A DNA stretch of 64,000 nt from Rhodospirillales bacterium. GTDB taxonomy: Bacteria > Pseudomonadota > Alphaproteobacteria > Acetobacterales > Acetobacteraceae. Below the pieces are notes generated by a model. The model searched no databases. It was not told where the DNA came from and saw only the letters and a program-made list of their open reading frames with translations. Position 1 is the first letter of the stretch. The number at the start of each line of letters is the position of its first letter. Made by a program: the position numbers and the translations under genes. Of the stretch, positions 15,610 through 27,544 are shown in pieces. Location: the NCBI GenBank assembly GCA_028869995.1, contig JAGWQN010000093.1:81336-145335 (forward strand), read 5' to 3'.

Positions 15610-16274
15610 ACCGCGCGGTCCTGTTCGATACGGAAACGACCGGCCTGGACCCGCTGGCCGGCGACCGGCTGGTCGAGGTCGCCGCCATCGAACTCGATGG
15701 CGATCTTCCGACCGGCCGGAGCTTTCACCGCCTGATCAACCCCGAGCGCGACGTGCCGGAGGATGCGGTGCGCGTGCACGGCATCACCGTCGAGCGGCTG
15801 CGCGACGCGCCACGGTTCGAGGAAATCGCCGATGATCTGCTTGAGTTCCTCGGTGATGGTGCGCTCATCGCGCACAATGCGAGCTTCGACTTCAGCTTTC
15901 TCGACGCCGAGTTCACCCGCATCGGCCGCCCGGCGCTCGATCGCGGGCGCATGGTGGACACGCTGGCCATCGCGCGCGAGCGCTTTCCCGGCCTTCCGAA
16001 CAGCCTCGATGCCTTGTGCCGCCGCTTCGGGATCGACCTTTCGGAGCGCACGACGCACAACGCGTTGCTGGATTGCCGCCTGCTGGCCGAGGTCTACGTC
16101 GAACTGACCGGCGGGCGCCAGCGTGCGCTCGACCTCGCCGCCGCGTCGATCGCCCGCGCGGCACTCGACTATGCAGGGCACAAGCCACGCACGCCGCGCC
16201 TCATCGAGCCGGACGCAGAGGCGCTGGCGGCGCACGCGGCGTTCATCGCGACGCTGAAGAACTCTCTCTGGTAG
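15606..16274 (+). CDS. dnaQ: DNA polymerase III subunit epsilon (3'-5' proofreading exonuclease)
   Basis: ExoI FDTETTGL, ExoII HNASFDFSFL and ExoIII HNALLDCRLLAEVY. Its ATG overlaps the coaE stop (ATGA at 15606-15609). Confidence 0.93.
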   Translation: MNRAVLFDTETTGLDPLAGDRLVEVAAIELDGDLPTGRSFHRLINPERDVPEDAVRVHGITVERLRDAPRFEEIADDLLEFLGDGALIAHNASFDFSFLDAEFTRIGRPALDRGRMVDTLAIARERFPGLPNSLDALCRRFGIDLSERTTHNALLDCRLLAEVYVELTGGRQRALDLAAASIARAALDYAGHKPRTPRLIEPDAEALAAHAAFIATLKNSLW

Positions 16275-16950
16275 TGCGCGCGAGGTGAACGAGTTCCGCT
16301 CGCACACCGTGGGCATCCGCGACCGGCTGCCTCCAGCTGACGCGCACGACGCGCTCTCCCGCCGCGAGGTCGCAGCCATCGACATCGACCGCGACCATGC
16401 GCGCGCCCGTCATGCCCGCGATCGCCGCCATGGCCGGTGCATGGTCCGTGTTGCAATGCGCGATGATGTCCTCGGCCGCGGCCTGCACGGCGGCCACGCC
16501 ACCAGCATCGGGCAACAGGTCGCCTGGTGAGAGGCGCGCCGCGAGCGCGAAACCGCCAACCCAGTGCGCCCCTGTCACCACGAGCCGCCACAAACCGAAA
16601 TCGGCGAGGCCGGCATAAAGCCCGGCATAGGGATGCACAGCGAGCCACCGCGTCCGCAGCATCGGGTTCGGTTCCGGGCGCGCCTCGGCATGCACCGTCA
16701 GCCGCGGTGCTGTCTGCGGGTTGACCTCGCTCGCTTCGCCCACCACCAGCAGAGCACAGCGCGGCGCGGTTCGCAGGTGGCGGGTGTGCGCGGAAAGCCC
16801 GGACAGAAACAGGAGCGGCGACAGATCGGGTGCGGTGGCCGGGGTCACCAGCGCGGCATGGGGCTGGCCGTCGCTCACGGTCGCAAGCACGCCCTGCCGC
16901 GCTCCCCGCAGCAATGCCCGCGCTGCGCGCACGGTATCGGCATTTGCCAT
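16243..16950 (-). CDS. Pyridoxamine-5'-phosphate-oxidase-fold / HugZ-like protein
   Basis: [25 protein letters not shown]... is a PNPOx-like split-barrel N-terminal half, with a C-terminal half resembling DUF2470. Its 3' end overlaps the convergent dnaQ by 32 nt. Confidence 0.7.
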   Translation of the reverse strand: MANADTVRAARALLRGARQGVLATVSDGQPHAALVTPATAPDLSPLLFLSGLSAHTRHLRTAPRCALLVVGEASEVNPQTAPRLTVHAEARPEPNPMLRTRWLAVHPYAGLYAGLADFGLWRLVVTGAHWVGGFALAARLSPGDLLPDAGGVAAVQAAAEDIIAHCNTDHAPAMAAIAGMTGARMVAVDVDGCDLAAGERVVRVSWRQPVADAHGVRAELVHLARTTRESSSASR

Positions 16951-17021
16951 ATTCCGTTCTCTTTCTATCCCTGTTGCGCCATATTGTTGGCGTCCGATAC
17001 GCCGGACGAAGGAGCCCGCTG

Positions 17022-17723
17022 ATGAAGCAGACCATCGCGCTCGTCGACGACGATCGCAACATCCTCACCTCGGTCCAGATGACGTTGGAGCAGGAAGGAT
17101 TCCAGGTTCGCACCTACACCGATGGCGAGAGCGCGTTACAGGGCATCACCGCGCGCCCGGTGGACCTCGCTGTGCTCGACATCAAGATGCCGCGCATGGA
17201 CGGCATGGAATTGCTGCAGAAGCTGCGCAAGACCTCCTCGCTGCCGATCATCTTCCTGACCAGCAAGGACGAGGAGGTGGACGAGCTGATGGGGTTGCGG
17301 CTCGGGGCGGATGACTTCATCACCAAGCCCTTCTCCCAGCGCCTGCTGATCGAACGCATCCGCGCTCTGCTGCGCCGCAACGAGGCCAGCCGCGCCGAAG
17401 GTTCCGGCGCCTTGCCGGCCGGCGTGCTCACGCGGGGCGACCTGGTGCTGGACGAAAACAAGCACAAATGCACGTGGAAAGGCGTCGATATTCAACTCAC
17501 GGTCACGGAGTTCCTGCTCGTGAAGGCGTTGGCCACGCGACCCGGGCTCGTCAAGTCACGCGACCAGCTGATCGACGCCGCCTATGGCGAGAACATCTAT
17601 GTCGACGACCGCACCATCGACAGCCATATCAAGCGCGTGCGCAAGAAATTCCGCGCCAGCGACGACAACTTCAACGCGATCGAGACGCTCTACGGCATCG
17701 GCTACCGCTACAAGGAGGCCTAG
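17022..17723 (+). CDS. chvI: OmpR-family response regulator ChvI
   Basis: [18 protein letters not shown]...[14 protein letters not shown]...[29 protein letters not shown] plus a winged-helix C-terminus ([11 protein letters not shown]). GAAGGAG SD precedes the ATG at 17022. Confidence 0.9.
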   Translation: MKQTIALVDDDRNILTSVQMTLEQEGFQVRTYTDGESALQGITARPVDLAVLDIKMPRMDGMELLQKLRKTSSLPIIFLTSKDEEVDELMGLRLGADDFITKPFSQRLLIERIRALLRRNEASRAEGSGALPAGVLTRGDLVLDENKHKCTWKGVDIQLTVTEFLLVKALATRPGLVKSRDQLIDAAYGENIYVDDRTIDSHIKRVRKKFRASDDNFNAIETLYGIGYRYKEA

Positions 17724-17770
17724 GCGCCGGCGATGTCCGCCTTTGCTCAGCCGCGTGAGGGCGGCGCCTG

Positions 17771-19441
17771 ATGCCCGACAGCGGCGTCCTCGTGACAGGC
17801 GAGCCTCCGGCGCGGCAACGTCAGCCACGCCGGCGCCTGACCTCGCCGCTGCTGCGCCGCATCCTCCTCGTCAACGCCCTCCCGCTCGGACTTCTGCTCG
17901 CGGCTCTGCTCTACCTCGACCAGTACCAGAATGGCCTGCTGGTCGCCGAGGTGGGCACGCTGCGCGAGGAAGCGCGGATCTACGCTGCAGCCCTGGGCCA
18001 AAGCGCGGTCTTGCTCGACGCCAAGGGCCAGCCGCATCTGGATGCGCAGCTGGCGCAGCCCTTGCTGCGCCGCCTCACCGCACCGACCCCGAGCGCGCAG
18101 GCCAAGGTCTATGCACCGGATGGCACGGTCATCGCCAACTCCACGTTGCGCGACAGCACGGGCGGCGCCGTCGAGGCGCAGCCTCTGCCGCCGCCGGTCC
18201 ATCGCAGCCAGCTGCTCGGCGCCATCGGCCGGCTTTACGACTGGGCCCTGTCGATCATGCCGCATGGGGGCGGCGCGCCGTCGCTGCAAAGCGGCCCCGG
18301 CACCGGCGGGCCCGACTGGCAGCCGAACGTCAAGGAGGAGATCCGCCTCTCGGGCTCCGATTCCTCGCGGGAAATGCCGCCCTATATCCGCCGCACCCAG
18401 GACAACCGGTTGCTCATCACCGTCGCCGAGCCGGTGGAGCGCGGCACACGCACCGTTGGAATTGTGTTGCTCACGCGCGAGGCGCGTGAAATCGACAACT
18501 CGCTGCTGGCCGTGCGCCTGTCGATCCTCGGCCTGTTCAGTACCGCGCTGGTGTTCAGCCTGCTCCTGTCGTGGTACCTGTCTCAGACCATAGCGCGCCC
18601 CATCCTGCGGCTCGCACAAGCGGCCGACGCCATGCGCGAAGGCAGCGGGCGCACCGGCACCGTGCCTTCGGGGCTGCTGGCCCGAAGCGACGAGGTCGGC
18701 GAGTTGGCCCACGCGCTCTCCGATTCCGCGCGCGCCCTGTGGACGCGCATGGACGCGACCGAACGTTTCGCGGCCGATGTGGCGCACGAGATTAAAAATC
18801 CGCTCTCCTCGATCCGCAGCGCCATCGAGACGCTGACGCGCATCGAGGACCCCGAGCAGCAGCGCCGCCTTCTCAGTATCATCGCCGAGGATGTCCGCCG
18901 CCTCGACCGGTTGATCTCCGACATCAGCGACGCCTCGCGGATCGATGCGGAGATCTCGCGCGCGTCGGCTGTGGCCGTACCCGTGCGCCCCATTCTCGAA
19001 ACCCTGGTGGAACTGGACGAGGCGACGCGCCGGCCCGGTGCACCGCGCCTCGAGCTTGCTCGCGCGAACGAGTCGGTGGCGGTCCGCGCGATCGAGGATC
19101 GCCTGGTACAGGTGCTGCGCAACCTGATCGGCAACGCGCAGAGCTTCTCGCCTCCCGACGGGCGCATCCGCCTGCATGCGCAAAGCGTGGGGCGCAGTGC
19201 CGAGATCACGGTAGAGGACCATGGACCAGGTATTCCCGAAGGCAAGCTCGAGCAGATCTTCAGCCGGTTCTATTCCGAGCGCCCCCAGGGCGAGCGCTTC
19301 GGTCAGCATTCGGGCCTTGGCCTGTCGATCAGCCGGCAGATCATCGAGGCGCTGCACGGCACGATTGCGGCCGAGAACCTTCGTGACGCACAAGGCCGGA
19401 TCGTTGGCGCCAGGTTCACCATCCGCCTGCCCCTGGCCTGA
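17771..19441 (+). CDS. chvG: Sensor histidine kinase ChvG/ExoS type
   Basis: N-terminal TM segment, periplasmic domain and second TM segment. H-box FAADVAHEIKNPLSSI. N/G boxes (LRNLIGNAQSF, DHGPGIP, GLGLSISRQI). It lies directly downstream of chvI. Confidence 0.9.
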   Translation: MPDSGVLVTGEPPARQRQPRRRLTSPLLRRILLVNALPLGLLLAALLYLDQYQNGLLVAEVGTLREEARIYAAALGQSAVLLDAKGQPHLDAQLAQPLLRRLTAPTPSAQAKVYAPDGTVIANSTLRDSTGGAVEAQPLPPPVHRSQLLGAIGRLYDWALSIMPHGGGAPSLQSGPGTGGPDWQPNVKEEIRLSGSDSSREMPPYIRRTQDNRLLITVAEPVERGTRTVGIVLLTREAREIDNSLLAVRLSILGLFSTALVFSLLLSWYLSQTIARPILRLAQAADAMREGSGRTGTVPSGLLARSDEVGELAHALSDSARALWTRMDATERFAADVAHEIKNPLSSIRSAIETLTRIEDPEQQRRLLSIIAEDVRRLDRLISDISDASRIDAEISRASAVAVPVRPILETLVELDEATRRPGAPRLELARANESVAVRAIEDRLVQVLRNLIGNAQSFSPPDGRIRLHAQSVGRSAEITVEDHGPGIPEGKLEQIFSRFYSERPQGERFGQHSGLGLSISRQIIEALHGTIAAENLRDAQGRIVGARFTIRLPLA

Positions 19442-19480
19442 AGCCCGCGCCGGCCGCGCGAGGACGGGTCGACGGGACGG

Positions 19481-21964
<2,484 letters not shown>

Positions 21965-21993
21965 TTAGCGCAAATGCAAAGGAAATCCAAATT

Positions 21994-23139
21994 TCACGCC
22001 GGCTGCCCGCTGGTCGGCAGAGCCTGCTCGGCAAGCCCGCCGGCCTGGCAGGAAAACAGCGCCGCGAGCCCGGCCAGAGGCCGAAATTCGTTCGCCTGCG
22101 TCCCCGTCATCAGGACCTGCGCATCCAACCTGCCGAGGGTGGCGAACAGGGCAGCACGGCGCCCGTCATCGAGATGGACCAGAGGCTCGTCAAGCAGCAG
22201 CAGGGGAGAGAACCCGCGTGCGCGCGTCACGACCGCCGCATGCCCAAGCACGATGCCCATCAACATCGCCTTCTGTTCGCCCGTGCTCGCCATGGCCGCA
22301 TCGAGCCCGCTCGCCGCGTCCTCGATCCGGAAATCGGCGCGGTGCGCGCCAACCGCGGCGCTACCCGTTGCGTGATCGAGCTTGCGCCCATCCGCCAGCG
22401 CGCCGCGCAGCCACTCCTCGACGCTGAGTGCCGGCTCGCTGCGCAGCCTCGTTGCGATCGCGCATTCCAAAACGAGGTGAACCGCGGGAAACGGTGCCGC
22501 GGCGCCGCCGGCAAGCGCCGCCCCGAGGTCGCGCACCAGCGCCATGCGCCCGGCAGTGACAGCGACCGCGTGGCGCGCCATTGCTTCCTCGAAGCCTGCG
22601 AGCCAGGCCAGGTCCCCGGCTTCGGCAAGCACCCGCCGCCGGCTAGCCGCAGCCGTCTCCCACGCAGCCAGCGCGCGCGCGTGGGCAGGCTCCACGGCGG
22701 CCGCGAGCCGGTCCAGAAACCGGCGCCGACCACTGGCGGCCTCCCCGAACAGGCGCTCCATCTGCGGCGTGATCCAGACCGCGGCCACCCGGCCCGCAAT
22801 CTCCGCCTGGTTGCGCGGTGCCACACCATCGAGGCGGAAGACCCGGCGCTCATGCGGCGGCTCCGGATCGGCTCCGGTCGCCACCTCGAAGTTGGCACCG
22901 TCAACCGCCAGCCGCGCCGCAACCGCCCAGGGGCCGCGCCCATGGCGCGCCAGCATCGCGGTTGCAGCACCACGCAGGCCACGGCCGGTCGCAAGCAACG
23001 AAACGGCTTCCAGCAAGTTGGTCTTGCCGCTGCCGTTGGCACCGGCGATCACAACCAGGCGCGCGCCCGGGAGCCAGTCCAGCGCCTCGTAGTTGCGGAA
23101 CCGCGAAAGCGTCAGGCGCTCGAGCCGCAGCGCCGTCAT
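21994..23139 (-). CDS. recF: DNA replication and repair protein RecF
   Basis: LTLSRFRNYEAL, Walker A GANGSGKTNLLEA, and SGEQK-like STGEQKAMLM with LLLLDEP. Confidence 0.95.
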   Translation of the reverse strand: MTALRLERLTLSRFRNYEALDWLPGARLVVIAGANGSGKTNLLEAVSLLATGRGLRGAATAMLARHGRGPWAVAARLAVDGANFEVATGADPEPPHERRVFRLDGVAPRNQAEIAGRVAAVWITPQMERLFGEAASGRRRFLDRLAAAVEPAHARALAAWETAAASRRRVLAEAGDLAWLAGFEEAMARHAVAVTAGRMALVRDLGAALAGGAAAPFPAVHLVLECAIATRLRSEPALSVEEWLRGALADGRKLDHATGSAAVGAHRADFRIEDAASGLDAAMASTGEQKAMLMGIVLGHAAVVTRARGFSPLLLLDEPLVHLDDGRRAALFATLGRLDAQVLMTGTQANEFRPLAGLAALFSCQAGGLAEQALPTSGQPA

Positions 23140-23176
23140 CGCGCCGCGTCAGCCATGACGGCCGCCCGCTCGGAGA

Positions 23177-24301
23177 TCAGACGCGCATCGGCATCAGCAC
23201 GTAGAGCGCGCGGTCGTCGGCCGCGTCCTGCACCACGGTGGGCGCCGTGCCGTCGGAGAAGCGGAACTCCACCTGCTCGCCGATCTGGTCGGTGATGTCA
23301 TTGAGGTAGCGTGCCTGGAACCCGATCTCGATCGGCGTCGCGCCGTACGTCACCTGGTCGCTTTCCAGTTCCTCCGTTGCCGTTCCCTGGTCCGGCGAGG
23401 AGGCCGAGAGAACCAGCAGATCGCGCGACACGCTCAGCTTCACGGGGCGCGAGCGTTCCGAGGAGATCGCGGAAACGCGCGCGACCGCCTCGGCGAAGTC
23501 CTTCTTGCCGACCCGCAGCACCTTGTCGTTACCCTGCGGGATCACGCGCTCGTACTCGGGGAAGGAGCCGTCGATCAGCTTGCTGGTGAGCGTGATCGCG
23601 TCGGCCTTGAACTGGATGCGCGTGTCCGACAGGGCGATCTCGACCGCGCCGCTCACCTCGTCGAGCAACTTGCGCAGCTCCGTCACCGTCTTGCGCGGAA
23701 CGATCACGCCGGGCATGCCGCCAGCCCCTTCAGGCAGCTTCTCCTCGACACGAGCGAGCCGGTGGCCGTCGGTCGCGACCGCCCGCAGCACCCGCTCGCC
23801 CGCGGACTCCGTCGCGTGCAGGTAGATGCCGTTGAGGTAATAGCGGGTCTCCTCGCCGCTGATGGCAAAGCGGGTGCGGTCGATCAGGCCGCGCAGCGTG
23901 TCTGCCTTGAGCGCGAATTTATGCGGCAGCGCCCCCGCCGTCATCGCCGGGAAATCGTCGATCGGCAGGGCGACCAGGCTCGTCGAATAACGCCCGGCGC
24001 GCAGCGCCAGGGGCGCATCGCCACCGGCGTGGTCCAGTTCGACCTCGACCCCCTCAGGCAGCTTGCGCACGATCTCATAGAGTGTCGCGGCAGGCGCCGT
24101 GCAGGCGCCGTTGCGCGAGGTGGTGGCCGCGACCTCCTCGACGATGGCGATCTCCATGTCGGTTGCGGTCAGCGTCAGCCGCCCGTCGCGCACCGCGAGC
24201 ATGACATTGGCGAGGATCGGGATCGTGTTGCGCCTCTCGACGACGCTCTGCACATGAGCGAGCGCCTTGAGCAGCGTCGCACGGTCCGCCTTGAGCTTCA
24301 T
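23177..24301 (-). CDS. dnaN: DNA polymerase III subunit beta (sliding clamp)
   Basis: MKLKADRATLLKALAHVQSVVERRNTIPILANVML. 374 aa. AAGGAGGA SD upstream. Lies between dnaA and recF. Confidence 0.96.
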   Translation of the reverse strand: MKLKADRATLLKALAHVQSVVERRNTIPILANVMLAVRDGRLTLTATDMEIAIVEEVAATTSRNGACTAPAATLYEIVRKLPEGVEVELDHAGGDAPLALRAGRYSTSLVALPIDDFPAMTAGALPHKFALKADTLRGLIDRTRFAISGEETRYYLNGIYLHATESAGERVLRAVATDGHRLARVEEKLPEGAGGMPGVIVPRKTVTELRKLLDEVSGAVEIALSDTRIQFKADAITLTSKLIDGSFPEYERVIPQGNDKVLRVGKKDFAEAVARVSAISSERSRPVKLSVSRDLLVLSASSPDQGTATEELESDQVTYGATPIEIGFQARYLNDITDQIGEQVEFRFSDGTAPTVVQDAADDRALYVLMPMRV

Positions 24302-24430
24302 CCTGCCTCATCCTCCTTGGCCAGGGGCGCAACCGCACCCTCTCGATCCTGCCCCAACCGCAGCGAATCGGCCCGCGAATCGGTCTGCAAGCTTAGCAAT
24401 CCGGGAAAGGTGGCGATAGCCAGGGTGCTG

Positions 24431-26023
24431 TCAGGATTCGAGCATGCGGCGCAGCAGCTCGACATCCTCGGCGAAGGCGGCATCGGTCTCCATCAGCGCC
24501 GCAACCCGGCCCACGGCATGCATCACCGTCGTATGGTCGCGATCGCCAAACCTCTTGCCGATATCGGGCAGCGAACGGCTGGTGAGCTGCTTGGCGAGAT
24601 ACATCGCCACCTGCCGCGGCCGTGCGATGTTGCGCGCCCGGCGCTGCGAGGTCATCTCGTTGAAGCGGATCCGGTAATGCTCCGCCACCTTGCGCTGGAT
24701 TTCCTCGATCGACACCCGCCGCTCATGCGCGCGCAGAATGTCGTGCAGCAGTTCCTGCGTGACATCGAGTGTGATCGGCCGGCCAAACAGGTTGGCGTGC
24801 GCCACCAGCCGGTTAAGCGCGCCCTCCAGCTCGCGGATATTGGAAGTGATCTTCTGCGCCAGGTACTCGATCACCCGGGGCGGCACGTCCACCCCCGCGC
24901 GCGCCGCCTTGGCGCCCAGGATCGAGATTCGCAGCTCCAGTGTCGTCGCATGCAGGTTGGCGACGATGCCGCTCCCCAGCCGCGTCCGGACCCGCTCCTC
25001 GAAGCCGGAGAGATCGGACGGCGACTTGTCCGCGGAGACGACGATTTGCTTGCCGGCATCCACCAGGGCGTTGAACGTGTGGAAGAATTCTTCCTGCGTC
25101 GCGTCCTTGCCCATGAGAAACTGAAGATCGTCGACCATCAGCACGTCGACGCGGCGCAGCTGCTCCTTGAACTCGATCATGCGCTGCGAGCGGATCGCCG
25201 AGATGAACCGGTTCATGAACCGTTCGGCCGACATATACGCGATCTCGATGGGGCGCCCCACCGCGGCCGCTGCGTGGGCAGAGCCTTCGCCACCACGCAA
25301 CTCCCACGCGATCGCGTGCATCAGATGCGTCTTCCCCAGGCCGACGCCGCCATAGAGGAACAGGGGATTGAACGCCTTGGTGGCCGGGCAGGCCGCCACC
25401 TGGCGGGCGCAGGCATGCGCAAACTCGTTCGGCTTGCCGACGACAAAGCTCTCGAAGGTGAAACGCGGATCGAGAATGCCGCCATCCGCCGCTCGTTCGT
25501 CAGCGGCGGAGACGGTGGCCGGCACCGAGCCAGCCGCGCCGCCCTGCGCGGCCGGGAGGTCACCCGCTCCGTTGTCCGCATTCGCGCTCCCGCTCTCCGG
25601 AGATGCGCTTTCCGTGGGAACGATGGACTCAGCCAGCCCGGCCTGTCTTCCGCCCCACCGCAGAGCGATACGCCGGACGGTCGGGTTTTCCTTCTGCCAG
25701 AGCCGAGCCAGCAGGTCACCGTAATGCTCTCGTACCCAGTCCCGCAGGAACCGCGTCGGGACACGGATCGAGACCTCGTCGCCATCCAGGCCCACGAGCG
25801 TCATCTGTCGCAGCCAGGTCCGGTATTCGACGTCGCCGACTTCCTGCTGCAGGCGCCCCCTGACCCCGGCCCACTGCGCCGCAAGCTGTGCAAGAGACGG
25901 CGATGCTGACGGGGTGGGGCCGGCCGCGCTGGGGCGGCTCATCCGTCCGGGCGCCAGCGCATCGAGCGCGCCGGCCAGCGCCTTGGGCGAGAGTCGCGCT
26001 GCATCGTCCCCCCGGTTCGCCAT
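24431..26023 (-). CDS. dnaA: Chromosomal replication initiator protein DnaA
   Basis: AAA+ core NPLFLYGGVGLGKTHLMHAI. Box VII and domain IV (RPRQVAMYLAKQLTSRSLPDIGKRFGDRDHTTVMHA). The exact start is uncertain: ATG at 26021-26023 or an internal Met about 27 codons downstream. Confidence 0.95.
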   Translation of the reverse strand: MANRGDDAARLSPKALAGALDALAPGRMSRPSAAGPTPSASPSLAQLAAQWAGVRGRLQQEVGDVEYRTWLRQMTLVGLDGDEVSIRVPTRFLRDWVREHYGDLLARLWQKENPTVRRIALRWGGRQAGLAESIVPTESASPESGSANADNGAGDLPAAQGGAAGSVPATVSAADERAADGGILDPRFTFESFVVGKPNEFAHACARQVAACPATKAFNPLFLYGGVGLGKTHLMHAIAWELRGGEGSAHAAAAVGRPIEIAYMSAERFMNRFISAIRSQRMIEFKEQLRRVDVLMVDDLQFLMGKDATQEEFFHTFNALVDAGKQIVVSADKSPSDLSGFEERVRTRLGSGIVANLHATTLELRISILGAKAARAGVDVPPRVIEYLAQKITSNIRELEGALNRLVAHANLFGRPITLDVTQELLHDILRAHERRVSIEEIQRKVAEHYRIRFNEMTSQRRARNIARPRQVAMYLAKQLTSRSLPDIGKRFGDRDHTTVMHAVGRVAALMETDAAFAEDVELLRRMLES

Positions 26024-26180
26024 GACCCCCCGCCTCGACCGCGCCCGCTGCGCACCTCAACCCACGGATCGCCCCACCTTGGGCAGCGACGATCACGGCA
26101 ACATGACTACGGCGCAACCAGGGCGCTTGCAATCGTAAAAACGGTTTTCGCGGTGCTTTTCGGACCCGCACCCGCGACCC

Positions 26181-26260
26181 TCAAATGATGTCGCGGTTTT
26201 GACTTATATCTGTAAGTCGAGAAGATAAGTGTTCTTTGTATCTATTTGAAATATACTTGA
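26181..26260. promoter_or_regulatory. Strongly AT-rich island upstream of dnaA (dnaA promoter region; possible unwinding-element-like sequence)
   Basis: By hand count, 26197-26260 has 17 G+C out of 64 nt (about 27%) in a window that is otherwise very GC-rich. It lies 160-240 nt upstream of the dnaA start. It contains TTGAA-ATATAC-TTGAA and TTATC-containing words but no perfect TTATCCACA. Confidence 0.5.
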
Positions 26261-26281
26261 ACCCCAGGTAAAATCTGGGGT
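26261..26281 (-). terminator. Intrinsic terminator hairpin of rpsT
   Basis: accccag / ctggggt forms a 7-bp stem with a 7-nt loop. It starts 9 nt after the rpsT stop (TAA at 26290-26292 on the minus strand) and is followed on the minus strand by TCAAGTATATTTCAAAT. Confidence 0.7.
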
Positions 26282-26289
26282 TTCTTCGC

Positions 26290-26559
26290 TTACTTCGAGC
26301 CGAGCGCCTTAACCCGCGACGACAGGCGCGACAGCTTCCGCGCAACCCGGTTACGATGCACGATCCCCTTGCCGGCAGCCCGCTGCATCTCCGGTTGAGC
26401 CTGCTTCAGCGCCGCCGCCGCCGCGTCGTGCTCGCCGCTGGCGATCGCCGTCTCCACGGCCTTGATGAACGTGCGCATCCGCGACATCCGCGCCTTGTTG
26501 CGCACCGTGCGGCGTTCGGTCTGACGGATGCGCTTGCGCGCGGAGGCGGTGTTGGCCAT
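26290..26559 (-). CDS. rpsT: 30S ribosomal protein S20
   Basis: [33 protein letters not shown]... 89 aa, basic, a classic S20 N-terminus. Confidence 0.96.
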   Translation of the reverse strand: MANTASARKRIRQTERRTVRNKARMSRMRTFIKAVETAIASGEHDAAAAALKQAQPEMQRAAGKGIVHRNRVARKLSRLSSRVKALGSK

Positions 26560-26679
26560 GGCGGAGTGCAGCTCTCGGGTAATGACAAGGTTAGGGACGA
26601 CGCCCGCCTGAGGTGCGGACGGAAGCGCGCGTTCTAGTGACCGCCTCCGCCCGCGTCAAGGAACGCCGCCGGATCAGAT

Positions 26680-27477
26680 CTACCGGCGGGAGAATGCTGC
26701 CTTGCGCTTCTCGGCGAACGCCGCCATCCCCTCGCGCTGGTCGGCAGTGCCGAAAAGGGAGAGGAACAGCTGGCGCTCCGCAAGAACGCCCTCGCCCAGC
26801 GTGGTCTCGAAGGCACGGTTCACGGCGTATTTGGCCATCTGCGTCGCGACGGGCGACATCGCGGCGATCGCGGCGGCCGTCTTCAGGGCCTCCGCGACGA
26901 GATCCGGCGCCGGCACGATGCGCGCGACCAGGCCGGAACGCTCCGCCTCCGCCGCGTCCATCATCCGCCCCGTCAGCACCAGGTCCATCGCCTTGGCCTT
27001 GCCCACCGCCCGCGTCAGCCGCTGCGTGCCTCCGGCCCCCGGGATCACGCCAAGCTTGATTTCGGGCTGGCCGAACTTGGCCGTATCGGCGGCGATGATC
27101 ATGTCGCACATCATGGCGAGCTCACAGCCGCCACCCAGTGCGAAGCCGCCGACCGCGGCAATCACCGGCTTCCTGATCCGCGTCACCGTCTCCCAGCGCT
27201 GGCCGATGAAGTCATCCTGAAACGTCCGCGGGAACGTGCGCGGCGCCATCTCCTTGATGTCCGCGCCGGCCGCAAAAGCCTTCTCGGAGCCGGTGATGAC
27301 GATCGCCCCGATCGCATCGTCGGCATCGAATGCCAGCAGCTGCGCGCCCAGCTCAACCATCAACTGGTCGCACAGCGCGTTGAGGGCCGCCGGGCGGTTG
27401 AGACGGATCAGCCCAACGCCCCGCCCATCCTCCGCCTTGTGGGTCTCGACCAGGATCATCGCCGGGGTGTCGGACAT
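26680..27477 (-). CDS. Enoyl-CoA hydratase (crotonase family)
   Basis: [10 protein letters not shown]...[17 protein letters not shown]...[11 protein letters not shown]. The ATG at 27475-27477 ([11 protein letters not shown]) is preferred to the longer track ORF. Confidence 0.9.
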   Translation of the reverse strand: MSDTPAMILVETHKAEDGRGVGLIRLNRPAALNALCDQLMVELGAQLLAFDADDAIGAIVITGSEKAFAAGADIKEMAPRTFPRTFQDDFIGQRWETVTRIRKPVIAAVGGFALGGGCELAMMCDMIIAADTAKFGQPEIKLGVIPGAGGTQRLTRAVGKAKAMDLVLTGRMMDAAEAERSGLVARIVPAPDLVAEALKTAAAIAAMSPVATQMAKYAVNRAFETTLGEGVLAERQLFLSLFGTADQREGMAAFAEKRKAAFSRR

Positions 27478-27544
27478 GTCGTACTCCTTGTTTCGCTGCC
27501 CGGGCTGCAGCAAGCCCCGGCTCCTCACTCGACCTCGCTTCTAG

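Noticed and set aside
16243-16274. 32-nt convergent overlap between the dnaQ and HugZ-like 3' ends
   Set aside because: Short convergent overlaps are common in compact high-GC genomes. Nothing else suggests regulation.
14078-16385. ORFs 14078-15835 (+, 585 aa) and 15234-16385 (-, 383 aa)
   Set aside because: They overlap the amidohydrolase, coaE and dnaQ genes in wrong frames or strands. They are shadow ORFs.
26024-26289. Canonical DnaA boxes in the dnaA upstream spacer
   Set aside because: Reading both strands I found no TTATCCACA/TGTGGATAA and nothing better than 6/9. I therefore annotate only the AT-rich island, not an origin.
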